This document shows, piece after piece, positions 50,501 to 63,397 of a DNA stretch of 64,000 bases. This DNA comes from Tubulanus polymorphus (lineage: Eukaryota > Animalia > Nemertea). The stretch covers positions 20,621,101-20,685,100 of the forward strand of contig NC_134025.1 of the NCBI RefSeq assembly GCF_964204645.1, given 5' to 3'. The notes below the pieces were generated by a model. The model saw nothing but the letters and a program-made list of their open reading frames with translations. It was not told where the DNA came from and did no database searches. Made by a program: the position numbers and the translations under genes. How positions within the stretch are numbered: the stretch's first letter is position 1; each line of letters starts with the position of its first letter.

Positions 50501-53500
50501 AAAAAATGAAAAAGCCACGCGCGTTTTTTATTTGATAATCTCGGAATATCAAGAATCAGTTGTTCAAACGTAGGTAGGATAAATACCATTGGGCTCCCCA
50601 TAAAAGACGTTTACACAAAATTGCAAAACTTTGGCCCCCACTAGTTTGTTATTCCATACATTGTCTTGAAAACATATACATGTGAAATATATCTCCTCTT
50701 ATTCGAAGTTAAAGTAATCATCCATTTAATACACTAACAGATTTGTTCTGGTTTATACCGATAATGCAGGAGAAAAAGGAAGTCCAAACATGCTCTCCCC
50801 AATGTCCATGAAAGTCCAAACATGACAAAACCCACCTCCCATTCGGCCCTGGACGTCTTTGATGGACAGCCCCCATAATAACACTAAAGTTTTAAAGGGG
50901 AACCGCAACACCAGCCATCCCACCAGAGGACATGAATCATCATGCACTTTGCAATTAATTCATAGGCCACCATTGATAATACAGTAAATCCGTGTTGTGA
51001 ATTTATAGGCCCCCGATTCCATATTTTGTAACAGCTACTATCAAACGTCGAATTCATTTTTCTTCTCAGTGATTGGTGATTTTCATTAATGATTGATTCT
51101 TTACAGAAAGTCCATTCGATTTATACCGAAACGTAGAAAAAATTGAACGCGGAAGGCCGAGTAACTACTATAGCGAACCTAGTGGTTCCTCACTTGCCAT
51201 AAGTAGAATCATCGATTGCCACCGTAGTGTTGGAGGTTACCCACTGACACCATGTCAGCTTCCAACGGGTTCGCTCTTGTCAACCTTTAAGCAACTGGGT
51301 CTTAAAAGCTTCGCCGTGTGTAGCTTACCTTGTGGAACAAATAGCAGCAGAGATTACCGACCACGGCCGCGATATTGGACAGCATATAGCACATTATATC
51401 CTCGTACAAATATTCTTCAAAAGAACGAATCGCTACATCACATTTCAGAATACCAAAACACGCAATACATTTTGCTATGTAGAATATACTTCACCGTTAC
51501 TTACCGGGGACGAAAAAGTCTTCGTTAAATCTTTTTACATCCACTACCATGGCTGGATAGACGCACATCGTAATAAACCGATGAGCCCACACATCAACCA
51601 ACTGTACCCAAATCTACAAATCAATCATCGATGGGATTTATTTGTGTGGTTCGTTTTTCTGCACAAGAAAATACACGAAACGTTTCTCATTTCCATCGTA
51701 AAAAAATCACAAAACGCTTACTTTCTTAAAGGTTTTTCCGTAAGGTAATGACTCGTGCTGAGCGAACGTATTCGCTGTCGCTGATTCTGAGACGATAAGA
51801 CGAAAATATCGCTGGAATTAAGAATTTAAGAGTAATTGAATAACAATTGTTTGGTTCGACATCTCTATCAAACTTTGATCAAATAGGTTGCAAAAGATGG
51901 AAATAGTTAAATTGACAATTTATGATAATTGAGTTAAGTAAAAATGATTTAAGATGCCAATCCAAATGATCGACTACTCCCACTAGACATCCTCCATCTC
52001 ATCGACCCTGTCACGCTTAGGCTTTTATTTGATAAGCCTCGACGACTCGAAAAGAAATCATTCGTCCGTGTTTAAACGGCAAAGAAACCAGTTACTAAGA
52101 CGGCGAAACGTACGGAAAATGGAAGTGCTAACATCGTGTCGAGAGCGACCAGTAAAACTAAAGTTCCCGCTATGAAGAAATAGATTGCCGATGATCGATC
52201 TGTATCACCTGTAACACAAACAGAATAAAAACAGAATGAAAGTAATTTCGCCGCATGTTTATCACATCTCAGGAATAATGTCTTAGGAAAAGAAATGAAG
52301 GAAAAGACACACAAACATGACACGCGATAAGAGAGTGATTTCGTACTTGTTCAACGCTATTTGAAATATGAAAAAAATATTCTTTGCCATACAGGATTTT
52401 GTTAATACTGTTGTACTATCTTCCAAATTAAAATAACCCCTGAAAAGTGAATGGTTGAGTTGAACAAGTAGCCTATCGGCTGATATCCGCTGTATTATGT
52501 TTACTTCATCATTCTTTATTTATCTAATTGTCCCATTGCTACAGATACCCCGGAATGGATAAGTAACAATATTCATAGAGATATAAGGGGTGGGGTGGGT
52601 GAAACCTAGAGAATGCTCTATATTGCTTTAGACCCCATCCCACAGATCATTAGGACTGTACAAGGGTTTACATTGATCCGATGAAAACTGTAGGAAGGCC
52701 CTACCACCTTGGCCACCCCTGGGGGTCAAATCCAAAGAAGGCTCTACATTGTTTCAGACCTCGGTCAACATATCATAAGTACCAGGTTTTATCTTGATCC
52801 AATAAAAACTGTATGACTAGTAGCGATTCATAGAAATATGGACCCCAGCGCCCAGGCACCCTTCCCCCTAGGGGTCAAATCCAAATAACAGCTCTATATT
52901 ATTTTAGGCCTTGGGCCACCGCTGATTCGTACCAAGTTTCATATTGATCTGATAAAAATTATTGGACTAGTAGCAAATCATAGAAATATGGTCCCCAGGC
53001 ACTAGGGCACCCCCTGGGAGTCAAATCCGAAAAATTGCTCTATATCATTTTCGGCCTTGGGCCACTCATCATTGGTACCAAGTTTTATAATGATCTGATG
53101 AAAACTGTAGGACAAGTAGCGATTCATAGATATACGGTCCCCATGCTCTAGGGCACCCTTGGGGTCAAATAAAAAAACAGTTCTGTATTGTTTTAGACCA
53201 TGGCCAAAAGATAATTGGTACCAAGTTTTATCTTGACCCAACTAAAACAGTAGGACGAGGAGCGATTCATAACAATTAGGGGCCCAGCCCGCAAGACACC
53301 CCCTGGGGTCAAATAAAACATGACTCCATATTTTTGTAGGTCTAACCTATAGAATATTCATACTTATTTTGGAAATGATCCAATTAGAACTTTCGGACTA
53401 ATAGCGATTTAAAGTCAAAGTTGACGGATGAACGACGACGGCACAACCCCCAACCCATCATCTCCGCTGACCTTCAGTCACAGTGGAGCTAATAAAGCAG

Positions 53501-55849
53501 TCTGAGAACGGCGAGGTAGATTTTCCAGGCGAATGAAAGATTGCTAACACCCACACGACGTAGGGAAACTAAGAAACATAGTAACACAAATGTTTGATTT
53601 CGGAGGCTTTGTTCCCGAAACCATGTTTCCTGTTTATGTTTTTGTTAAGGCACACGACGCAGGAAAACGCTCGGAAACATGTTTCTGTTTCATGGTCCCC
53701 TGCGTCGTGTACGTTTCGCTTTAAGATTTTCTTGTCAATAACTAATATCGACGATTCTCCTCCCCCTCCTAAGCGTTCTTGTCGATAGGTCGATCGGTAA
53801 TCCGAGAGCTCACTTAACTAAGGTAATTATATATTTCGATAGACGAATTTCTTTGACATTACCCGGGAGGCCACCATATCAGAACCTGATCGAGAAAATG
53901 ATTTTGGCATATACTTACTGAATTTAGTGACCAGCAGCAACAGACTCATAACCAATCCACTGACATTCTAAACACGAAATTTTGATGGATGGGTATTACA
54001 TAGATGAAAAACGAACCGGACCATTTTGATAAGGTTTAGAGCTCTGTTGGGTTTGATAAATGTTTTTCCTCGGAAAATATCTTACATGAAAATACAAAAT
54101 ATGAAAGTATCTTACTCACAGCACCGGTCATGGTAGCGTTCACGTAGTGTTTTGGGAACATGGCGGCAAGTCCGTAAATACTATTGATATAAATACCACT
54201 CATCGCTGAAATAGCATCGAATATGTATCTCACATCAACGTGTAGGCCCTGTAACTTGCTTAGAAGCCATAAGTATTGCAGACCTACCATTCACTAATAC
54301 CACAGTCATTATCGTCACAGCAAAGAAGATTTCTGGCCCTTAAATACATCGATTGATTAGAAATAACCCGGAGATATAATGACACCGTGAAACCCATGTA
54401 GTGGTAAAAATGAAGACAACACTTGGTTGTAAAGGATTCCGAAGAAAATAACTTACACTCATATGAATCTACGACGGCAAAGATCGTTGTCATAACAAAC
54501 AGGGATACCAAAACAAGTAAACTGATGACGATTCGAGTAGTAGAACCACTTCTGAAAGGGACGTTAAAAAGAAAAAATTCTGAAAATGTAGAAAGTCCAA
54601 TATTTTGAACTGCCCAAAAGACATTTCAATTGTCACACGCTGATATTCTCATCGCACACGTGCCAAAGCGCATGCTTGATTTTTGTTTTAGCTTACGGCA
54701 CACGTTACGAATTCCGTCATTTTCATACATTTTCTAATCGTTCCAATAGTAATTTGTTTGTAGGACGCACGAATTGTTGACACGGCCTAAAACCTTAGCG
54801 ATTTATTGAAAACTTTTCCTAAATCGACCCGTAAAACCTCAGAGGCAAACTAGAGACAGAAACATGTTTGCTTTAGTGCTAGCGTTTCCATGCATCGTGC
54901 TAGTTTGCAAGAAACGAGAAACATCGACGTTTCATTCAGTGTTTCAGCATTTCCGTTGTTCCGTGCATCGAGCGCGTTGGTCTTCTTCGACTGGATGGCA
55001 ACTGGATTCGCGGTAAATTATCATGATCGACTGCTGAGAGATCCTACGCCGAGACCAATGTTATATCCCAAAAAAATATTTTCATTTACCTCGAATTCCT
55101 TTGACAAAAAAGATTCATTCCATTCCACGCCATGTTTGGTACTTGGGATGCGATGCCAATGTAACTCAAGAAGTTCAGTCTGTAATCTGCATTGCCCGCC
55201 TTAGCCATTTTATACTCTGTGAAATACTATATGATAAAACAAAAAAGAAGGCCTTACGAACAGGTGATAGTGGATGTAGTACAATTATTGTAATTCGTGT
55301 AAAGAGAACTTTGAATCAACTATTCGTTATGAAAGTTAACGATAAGTCTAAAATGAATGATGGGCAGAATAGGGCAATATGAATTACGAATTGTTAAAAC
55401 ATTTAATTCAATTGCAACGTACCGACTTCGAGGTCATGAATAAATGCCAGGGTAGCATCACTCCGATGCCTTGGAAGAGAAAAATGAAAAATACCAAACC
55501 ACACCTGAAAAAGTACTGTATATTGTCATACAGTCGTCAGCAGGAATCAATTATTGATTGTACGCAGTTAGGTGGTAAGCACTCTACTCAGTTGCGCTTT
55601 ACCTGAACGGAGAGAAATTCTTTTCCAGGAAAAAATTACCGAGATTGATATAGATATTTTCACAATTTGGGTTAAGTTTATATCAACGTACCTGTCCTTT
55701 ATCACATCATTGCTGTAGTCGTCGGTGATCAGTGGGGTTGATTCGTCTGCTAAAGCCAGTCGTTCCACTCTACAGCGCCTATCGGTGTCAGTTTCAACGG
55801 TGTTCCTAGTAGTTCGCAAACTACCGTAATCTATATCGGTTTCTTTCAT
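47545..55849 (-). CDS. Equilibrative nucleoside transporter (SLC29/ENT family), 13 coding exons, 456 aa
   Basis: Exons: 55849-55692, 55504-55423, 55226-55090, 54551-54457, 54338-54288, 54205-54120, 53967-53919, 52208-52114, 51811-51722, 51613-51505, 51414-51329, 48201-48005, 47680-47545. All introns are GT-AG with matching phases; total 1371 nt. Motifs GIGVMLPW, YFTEYK, ASQVPN, NSIYGLAAMFP, CNYRP, GLTNGY and TAGMM. Confidence 0.93.
48656..48796 (-). mobile_element. Tiny Penelope-like insertion with hammerhead-like motif in ENT intron 11
   Basis: Minus strand reads AGA-CUGAAGA-A-GGGUGGU-agca-ACCACCC-GACA-UAUU-UCU, then AATAAA. Flanked by 13-bp direct repeat acatcttcatctt (48643-48655, 48797-48809). 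Confidence 0.65.
50590..50875. mobile_element. PIF/Harbinger-like MITE
   Basis: Imperfect TIRs gggctccccataaaagacgt and acgtctttgatggacagcccc. Confidence 0.5.
52463..53496. mobile_element. HINE/Helentron-like element with about 5 internal tandem units of 144-149 bp
   Basis: ggggtcaaat recurs near 52722, 52871, 53017, 53161 and 53305. Starts aacaagtag and ends in hairpin ctccgctgac..cagtggagct followed by an A-rich end. Confidence 0.75.
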
Positions 55850-56862
55850 GTTGTTTATCACTAAAAGTAACATAGTTATTATATCTAGAAATCCAGTCTA
55901 GGATGGAAAAATGGAATGAAATTCATTTCCATTAACGAGACTTTGCAGACATATATTCGATGATTCCATCGGAACGCCACCATCCGGAGAGTCGATCTTA
56001 AAAGTTAAACATTTACATCTGGTTTACCTATTTTTGCTGTAGCAGACTCCACATAAAGATCCCCGTCAATTGATTCAGTTAACGCGATAGGCAAAGTAAG
56101 TGAAGTCAATCGTGAATATTTGGGAGTACGTCAACGCCTGTGTAGATGTGACAAATAAATATCGAATCCTACGGAATTGATAACCTATTGAAATATGGTC
56201 AATGGTCAATGCCAGCCTTTCTCGAAGCCTTGTAAATTGTTCTGATGGGTTTTATGACACTACACGTTGAGTAATGAAGAATTATACTGTCACTGAAATT
56301 CTGCAGAGATTTCGATAACATAGAATTGTTCTATGTGTTCTATCAATTGTTGACGTGTTAGTACTTCATTTTGTTTGCGTTACACTACGACTGCGAAAAA
56401 CGATCCTTAAGGCTGATGCAGAAAATCGACAAGCATGAAAACATATGTACTCACTGTGATGATCAGGCGATGTGGATGTTAGAAAAATATATTTTGGTGA
56501 TTTATTTTCTAACCCCTGTTCTTTTCCATTGTATATATTCTCTGCTTTATCATTCACATATGCATATGGCGCATGACAATTACATTATCATTTAGCACAA
56601 TAAGCCAAAGGTCAACCCTCGAACATATTTCTTAAAGTATAGTGAACTGTTTTTGATTCACTGATTACCAAAGATCTTGTAGTATCTTATATAGTATCTT
56701 ATATGATTGGAAAAAATCAATAATCAAACGGAAGCAATGCAAGTGGTGACGTTCCGACTAGATTATATAAGATATTTTCAAAAATGCTTTGCAATTGAGT
56801 CGAAACATCAATACTTGTATTAGGTATTCTTTCTCAATGCGGGATTTTACTTCAATTGAATA

Positions 56863-57722
56863 TGTAAACGAGTAAATAAAGACAGTCGATGAAAACCAAT
56901 GTTATGATTGAATTGTTTACAATTGTTTGTCAGCATGTGCTTGATTAAAGACTCTTTATATTAACTTGACGACAGACCTGAGAAAGTTTAAGTTTAACCG
57001 TGAGTGTATCCGTTTGCCCAGTGACATCAACTCTTCCTACGTACTCGTCCACTGTAGAGTATTTAGAGGAAATGGCTTTTCGCGGACGAATGTACATCGA
57101 ACGCAACAAAGATAGAGACTGGGAGATTGTCAAATGAAGCGAATCGGAATTATTGCAGTGATAAATTAGTTCACAAGTAGTTTACATAACGGGGAGGGAA
57201 GTCAGAGTTCATAGCAGTGGCTGAAGTTAGTAAACAACCTACGTAAATACTTACGTCGCACATAGGACATTGAACGATAGGTGAAAGTGACGTGGGTATC
57301 TGGGTAGGGATGCTGGATATAGCAGCAGCATTGAGCTCTGGTATGTATAAGTAGTAAACAAGTAGTCAACTCGTGACGTATAACATACGTACAAACCGAG
57401 CTATGTGGAAGTATACGTCGCGAGTAACATAAGAATAGTATAAAAAGGGCTAAAAAGGGAGGTTTCAGTACAGAAAAAGATCGAGAGTGGTGGGAAAGCT
57501 TATGATAGGAAGCTGCAAGGTATGCAGGAGTGAGAATTGTATCATAAAGCTGATGTTAGAATTAAGGAAGAAATATAGACCCACGAGAAGTCGTTAGTAT
57601 TAATCTGGAGACAGTGGAATATCTCGAATCGGATTAACCCTAATACTCGAAGGAATTAAACAACAACAACTCGAGTGGAGAACACAAACCAACACCACAA
57701 CATTGGTGTAGAATACAGATCC
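56863..57722 (+). mobile_element. Possible LTR remnant with primer-binding-site-like sequence
   Basis: TATA-like tataaaaagg near 57439, then acaaca (57702) followed by ttggtgtagaa, which resembles Gypsy tRNA-Leu PBS TGGTGTCAGAA. 5' edge uncertain, no gag/pol seen. Confidence 0.3.
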
Positions 57723-58358
57723 ATAACAGAGATCAACAACAGCGGGGAAGCGTGATGGCCCATCCAGCCACAATACGGACTCGGCGTCACCGTCCAGCTA
57801 GTCTTGCAAAATGTAAGCGCAGTGTTAGATTATTACACTGGTCACTGAGGAACTGTCCGTTTCTTAGCATCATACCACAATAATAGGTTAGTAGCTTCAA
57901 GATACGTAGGGCCGGATCCCAAAAATATAGTACCTAGAATGAAGCAGAGGGCCCCCATAAAAGTTGCCATAATTCTGCAAATGGGATAGATAACGAATTT
58001 CGGTAATATGTATGAAATCCCATTGGTCCTGAGAGACAAATTGATGATGGACATTTTGCTTGGATTAAAGGTACCAAATATGGTGGGGGATTTCCTTCGA
58101 TATTCGACTCGGATGTGCTCACACCTGTACTTGGATACTCCTCCTTTCTAAAGGTTTGATTATTTCAAAAGTTAGGTTGGGTATGTGGGGCGAAAATCAC
58201 CTCCATGCGTTGCAAATATGCCGGCCTATAAGCCATAAGCAGGATTTCCCCTGAATTTACGCGCTTATGAGGGCTCGAATTTCTTGTTTTAACCATTGGA
58301 TATGAGAGATTTTGGAATAGTGGTCTGAGCTCCCCCGGTGAGATCAACTACTTTGTAT

Positions 58359-58485
58359 TATGGTGGCTGATTCGGGCCACATTAAAAAAAAATTAAAATG
58401 ACACTCGGTCTTCACCAATTTTTTTCTAATTCTACATTTTTCGTTTTAACGCATCGTTAAAACCAGTTTTTCGTTTTAACGTGCC
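58359..58485 (+). mobile_element. Truncated MITE, TATGGTGGCTGATTCGGGCCA family
   Basis: Left TIR plus interior matching 9832-9950. Confidence 0.7.
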
Positions 58486-59591
58486 CTAACATAAACCGCA
58501 AGAATTGATATATGTTTTTAAGTAAGTCACACAAAATATCTTTCAAATTCTATATTGTGAAGTATGTTCAAAATATATATTTGGAGAATGCTCAAGAGAT
58601 TTTCATGAATCGTTGCTTTCAGATAAAGGTTAATCTGCACATCAAAAGTTTTCAGAATACATGGAAGCCAAGGACTCGCAAATCAGTGGTATCCGAAAAC
58701 AATCCAATTAAGAATAGTTGTTTCCTGGATACGGAAGGGCTACCCCAAACAGTTCTACTACGTTTGCTTCAGTTAATACCGGATAACGCCCTCGCTATGC
58801 TAAAAAACTGGTAAATTTTATTCTACAAAATTCTGCAAAAGGAGAATAACAAATCAAGATTCTCATAGCCCCAAGCCCCGCAACCCTGATTGCCAATCAC
58901 ATGTAAAATTCAATAGTTTTTAATTGAATTTTTATTACGCACAAAGACGAATATAATTTTCGTTTTATCTACGTTCACCGTGTCATCCGTTGTAAAGCCG
59001 GGCACACGCCTTTACGATCATTACAATTGCAAAAAGTCTTGAATGAACAGTGACCAGTGACAAAGATCAGTAGCTTCTAGACCTATTCGCCATAGACAAA
59101 AGAAGTATATAACTGACGTACGTTCGACCAATCGGCATCTAAGTAGGATTCACGATTTGTGAGGGTTTTCGAGAGTGTACTGACTGTTCACTGATAGTGT
59201 ACTATATGTCTGAGAGATTACTGACTATCTGCGAATGTTCTGTAACTGACTGTGTCTCCTCGCGTATTGGAAAATTAATCCTTTAACATAACTTTAACCT
59301 TGATATAACGATATAAGGAAAATTTTTTAGATACATGTTTTTAATTGTTAGCAGGGAGTTTTCTAATTTTCTTAAATATTTCAAAGTTTCTTAATCGTTT
59401 TTTGTAGCATCGTTGATCATATGATCATATATTACGAGCTTAACCGTCCTGCTTCCATGTGTTTGAAAGTTCCGCTCGAATCAGCTTTAACTCATCATCC
59501 AATACAACTTAATCACTCATGGCCGATCAGACACGGTATCCATGTATATAGAGGCTATAACACTCAAATTTCGATGATGATGATGATCAAT

Positions 59592-59742
59592 ATCATAAGG
59601 ACATAAAAGAATAACCCCATAATGATACAAATGGTAATTGTATTCTCGCTTTATTAAAGCTATGGTTTTACAGTGATTGTTATCATGTCAAATCTAAATA
59701 GCTGCTGTAACCCACGGATTTATGGTACTCAGTGGAAGTTTA
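59592..59742 (+). pseudogene. Pseudo-exon: duplicated intron end and TM7 exon start of the OT/VP-type receptor
   Basis: Aligns with 44075-44229 and encodes GFTVIVIMSNLNSCCNPRIY. It has 1-nt and 2-nt deletions and W to R in NPWIY. Confidence 0.88.
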
Positions 59743-59924
59743 ATGATAGACACAGAACTGAGAATGCCTGAGTATAATGCGTTTTAGCTTTGTCCTATTT
59801 TGCATGTGGTCTGTACCTCATTAAGATCTGGAATCGAAGAAAACACCCCAACCACGATATGTAAATATCGAATTATAAAAGTTTGATTAATAATGATAAC
59901 CGATTCACGTCCAATGAACCCGGA

Positions 59925-62900
59925 TCAAGGTATCGCGAGATTTTCGACGAAGTAATTGATTAATAAAGTGAACTGGTGGCCCATGAAAACTCCAATACTC
60001 TGTATAAATCCAGCCATCATTCCCGCTGTTCTCTGCATTCTAGCATCCGAACCAGCAGCTCTGAAATAGGATAATTTCGGTTCAATCAAGTAGTTTTAAT
60101 TACATATTCAGAAAGTTATCCATTGTTTGATTGGCCAGTAGAACCGAGAGACCAGATTAGATATCAAGTCGCAAGAACTACAATGTACTTTACAGTACAC
60201 CTCATTTGTAATCATACTTTGATACAAATATATGAAACAAAAACTATTTACACACGTCGTCTAGAGTATGCAATAAGTAATAATTACAAAAACAGGATTA
60301 TCAATTTGGTATCAATTATCTATGGTGGCTGATTTGGGCCACACCAGATTTTTCGATCACGAAAAATCTAAAAACAAACTTGATAGCGAGAAAACAAATA
60401 TCAACGCGAGAAAACAAATATTTGTTTGAAAAATCTCAGCGTGGCCCGGATCAGCCAATGTAGATGCGGGTGAATCTGTTAAAAAAGAATATACCGTATC
60501 AACATGATTGCAAAAATGGGTTCAACTTACATTTTAGCGTACATCATCGTGAGGCCGGAGTAGTAACCGTTCGTAAGACCCATCACAATTACCACGATCA
60601 TGAACGGCCAGTCACTCTTAATCAGCACGGGGAACGATCGCGTATCCGGACGATAGTTACACAACACTAACAACACGATACCCATTGCGCGCAAAACCAA
60701 TGGTATGATTGTGTATTTAGTCGATGGCTAAGATATAAAGTCATAGGTCATATTTTATATTTACAAATAGCAGAAAATAATAATTCTAACTATTTCGATA
60801 GAAGAATCGATTTCATATTCATTTTAGTCCGCAACTCAAGTTGTATTAATCGTTTGATTTTCAGGTCAGCTGTGATAACTCAAACATTTACCAATATTTT
60901 GTTCCTACATACCTATTGAAGTCCAAGCAAATTAATTGAAAGAGGGAATAAATCATAATGCGAAAATCAGCAAAAGAACGAAGAACTACATGCATCCAAA
61001 GGTAATATAAACGATTACTATATTTTACCAGTAAAAAAATTATCAAACGTTCAGTGAGATTGAAGCGATAGATTGTGTTCAACTTGTTATAATTCTTTCG
61101 ACCGAACTGAATTTATAGGCCCGAGTCGGTATATCATATAGCAGGACCCATCATCGAATAATCGTCGAAATCGTTAATTTTTCTACCTATTCGACGTTTG
61201 TATTGATAAACTATTTTACAGTTGCTAGCCGCCATTTTGTTAGGGTACTTTTGTGCCGTATTGTTGGGTCATTTTTTTCTCTTTTTTAAAAACTATCCGT
61301 GATGTGTATTGTACCCTATTTCATCTGTCCATGGATGGATTTTGACAACTTCAGCAACATTCAAACCGCATGAATCTCTAGTTTTCAGTTATCTAAAAAT
61401 CATTTCTCAAATTTACAACAATGCGACATGAGAGCGATATAAAAATCGGTGGTCAGTTTTTGCCGTGCGCATAGAAATCCAGGGTACTGAACTTTGAAGT
61501 TCATTATTTTCAGAAATAATTTTCTAAAAAATCCAAAAACATAAACACCCATAAACACCCTCTTTCAGGTGAACTTTGAAATTTTATGATATCTTGCCTA
61601 GTTTTTTTCCTATGGCACTTTAACCGCAGCGCGTGTATTGTCATTCCGAGATTCGGCGCTGTTTTCTTTGCGTGTATTTCAGTATATGGGTGTTATTTCT
61701 TCATTTTCACTACACTTGTCTCTACGGAAAAATGGTTCTAATTGTTGGTACGAGTATCAGGTTTAAATATCACGTCGTTTATGCAATATAATAGATCGAA
61801 GACATTAGAGATGTTGGGGTTAGAGGGATTTTTCTGACCAGTTTTAGCAGCGAGACTGAGCGGCATTTTGATCACGCATTCGAAGTTGCGCGCGGGAAGA
61901 GAATATATGGGCCTATATTGAGATGGAAGAAATATAACACTCAAAATCGAGTATGATGACCATTTTAATCAGTAGTCTATCAATAAATTTACATAAAAAT
62001 CTACTGAAATTAGATGGATGGAGAAGTGGTCAAAAAGCTGGAAAAATGGGGTGGGGCAAATATTCAGCTACTTTCTATGAATACTTTCTATTAAGTACAC
62101 TCAAGATTGATTAGATTGGGAAGAAAATATAGGAAAACGTTTTCTTGTTTTGGTGGGGAAATATCAAGTATCAAGTTTGAATGTCAGACGCAGGTGATAA
62201 AAAGTAAAAAGTGACATCTACCATCACAAAAACGCAAGAAGTGTGTGGATTGCATTTACAACAAAAGAGTGATATTTTGGGTTTTCTTGGGTGCATGTAC
62301 GTAAGCCTCTGCCTGCCGTAAAAGCGGCTACCATTACAGCCATTACGAACTAGCGCCGGAGAACGGAATACAGTATTAATGCCGTAATATTTAAACCTGA
62401 TACTCGTACCAACAATTAAAACCATTTTCCGTAGAGACAAGTGTAGTGAAAATGAAGAAATAACACCCATATACTGAAATACACGTAAAGAAAACAGCGC
62501 CGAATCTCGGAATGACAATACACGCGCTGCAGTAAAAGAGCCATAGGAAAAAAATTAGGCAAGATATCTTAAAATTTCAAAGTTCACCTGAAAGGGGGTG
62601 TTTATGCGTACAGTGCTTGAAATGTTTGGATTTTTTAGAAAATTATTTCTGAAAATAACGAACTTCAAATTTCAGTACCCTGGATTTCTATGCGCAAAGC
62701 AAAAACTGACCATCGATTTTTATATCGCTCTCATGTCGCATTGTTGTAAATTTGAGAAATTATTTTTAGATAACTGAAAACTAGAGATTCACGCGGTTTG
62801 AATGTTGCTGAAGTTGTCAAAATCCATCCATGGACAGATGAAATATGATACAATACACATCACGGATAGTTTTTAAAAAAGAGAAAAAAATGACCCAACA

Positions 62901-63206
62901 ATACGGGACAAAAGTACCCTAACAAAATGGCGGCTAGCAACTGTAAAATGGTTTATTTACAGAAAATTTCATAAGATTTAACCGAATTATAGAAGAAATT
63001 GGAGCGGAAGGCCTTTGGTAGAGAACTTCGTTTGCCACTGTACTGTTGGAGTTTTCAAACTCATTATATCAGTTTCCAACATAGGTTCACTCTTGCCAAC
63101 CTTCAGCAACTGGAACTTACCTTGTGGAACAAATAGCAGCAGAGGTTACCAATCACGGCCATAAGATTTGACAGCATAAAGCACATTACATCTTCGTACA
63201 AATATT
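59925..63206 (-). CDS. Second ENT/SLC29 paralog, last three exons (5' part presumably beyond the window)
   Basis: Exons 63206-63121, 60727-60531 and 60060-59925 have the same lengths as in copy 1 (86, 197, 136 nt), intact splice sites, an open frame and stop TGA. Confidence 0.85.
60321..60457. mobile_element. Short MITE, TATGGTGGCTGATTCGGGCCA family
   Basis: Both TIRs present. Absent from the paralogous intron near 47915. Confidence 0.75.
61209..62953. mobile_element. Foldback non-autonomous DNA transposon, about 1.75 kb
   Basis: Highly similar inverted arms of about 560 bp (61209-61775 and 62385-62953), probable TA TSD. The empty site is seen in the paralogous intron near 51095. Confidence 0.9.
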
Positions 63207-63397
63207 CTTTAAAGAACAAATCTTAAAATCAAGTTCCGGAATACCAAAACACACAATACATTTAGCTATGTAACAAGACAGATTTCCAATGTGTCTAAGT
63301 GTGAATTATACACAGGGCTTTGTGACGCGTCTAGTGTTGTAGTGTTGTAGTAGTAGTGCTGCTTTTTGCTTTTACTATTCTGCTTTCAGCTGCAGCC

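Noticed and set aside
51329-51414. Absence of human ENT1 D341/R345 equivalents (NIAAVVGN) as a novelty
   Set aside because: As I recall, similar Ala and Ser/Asn residues occur in invertebrate ENT1-like proteins, so this is probably a clade trait.
51475-51504. Alternative ENT acceptor at 51474
   Set aside because: It would need a 30-nt intron; the acceptor at 51414 gives a normal 90-nt intron and is conserved in the paralog.
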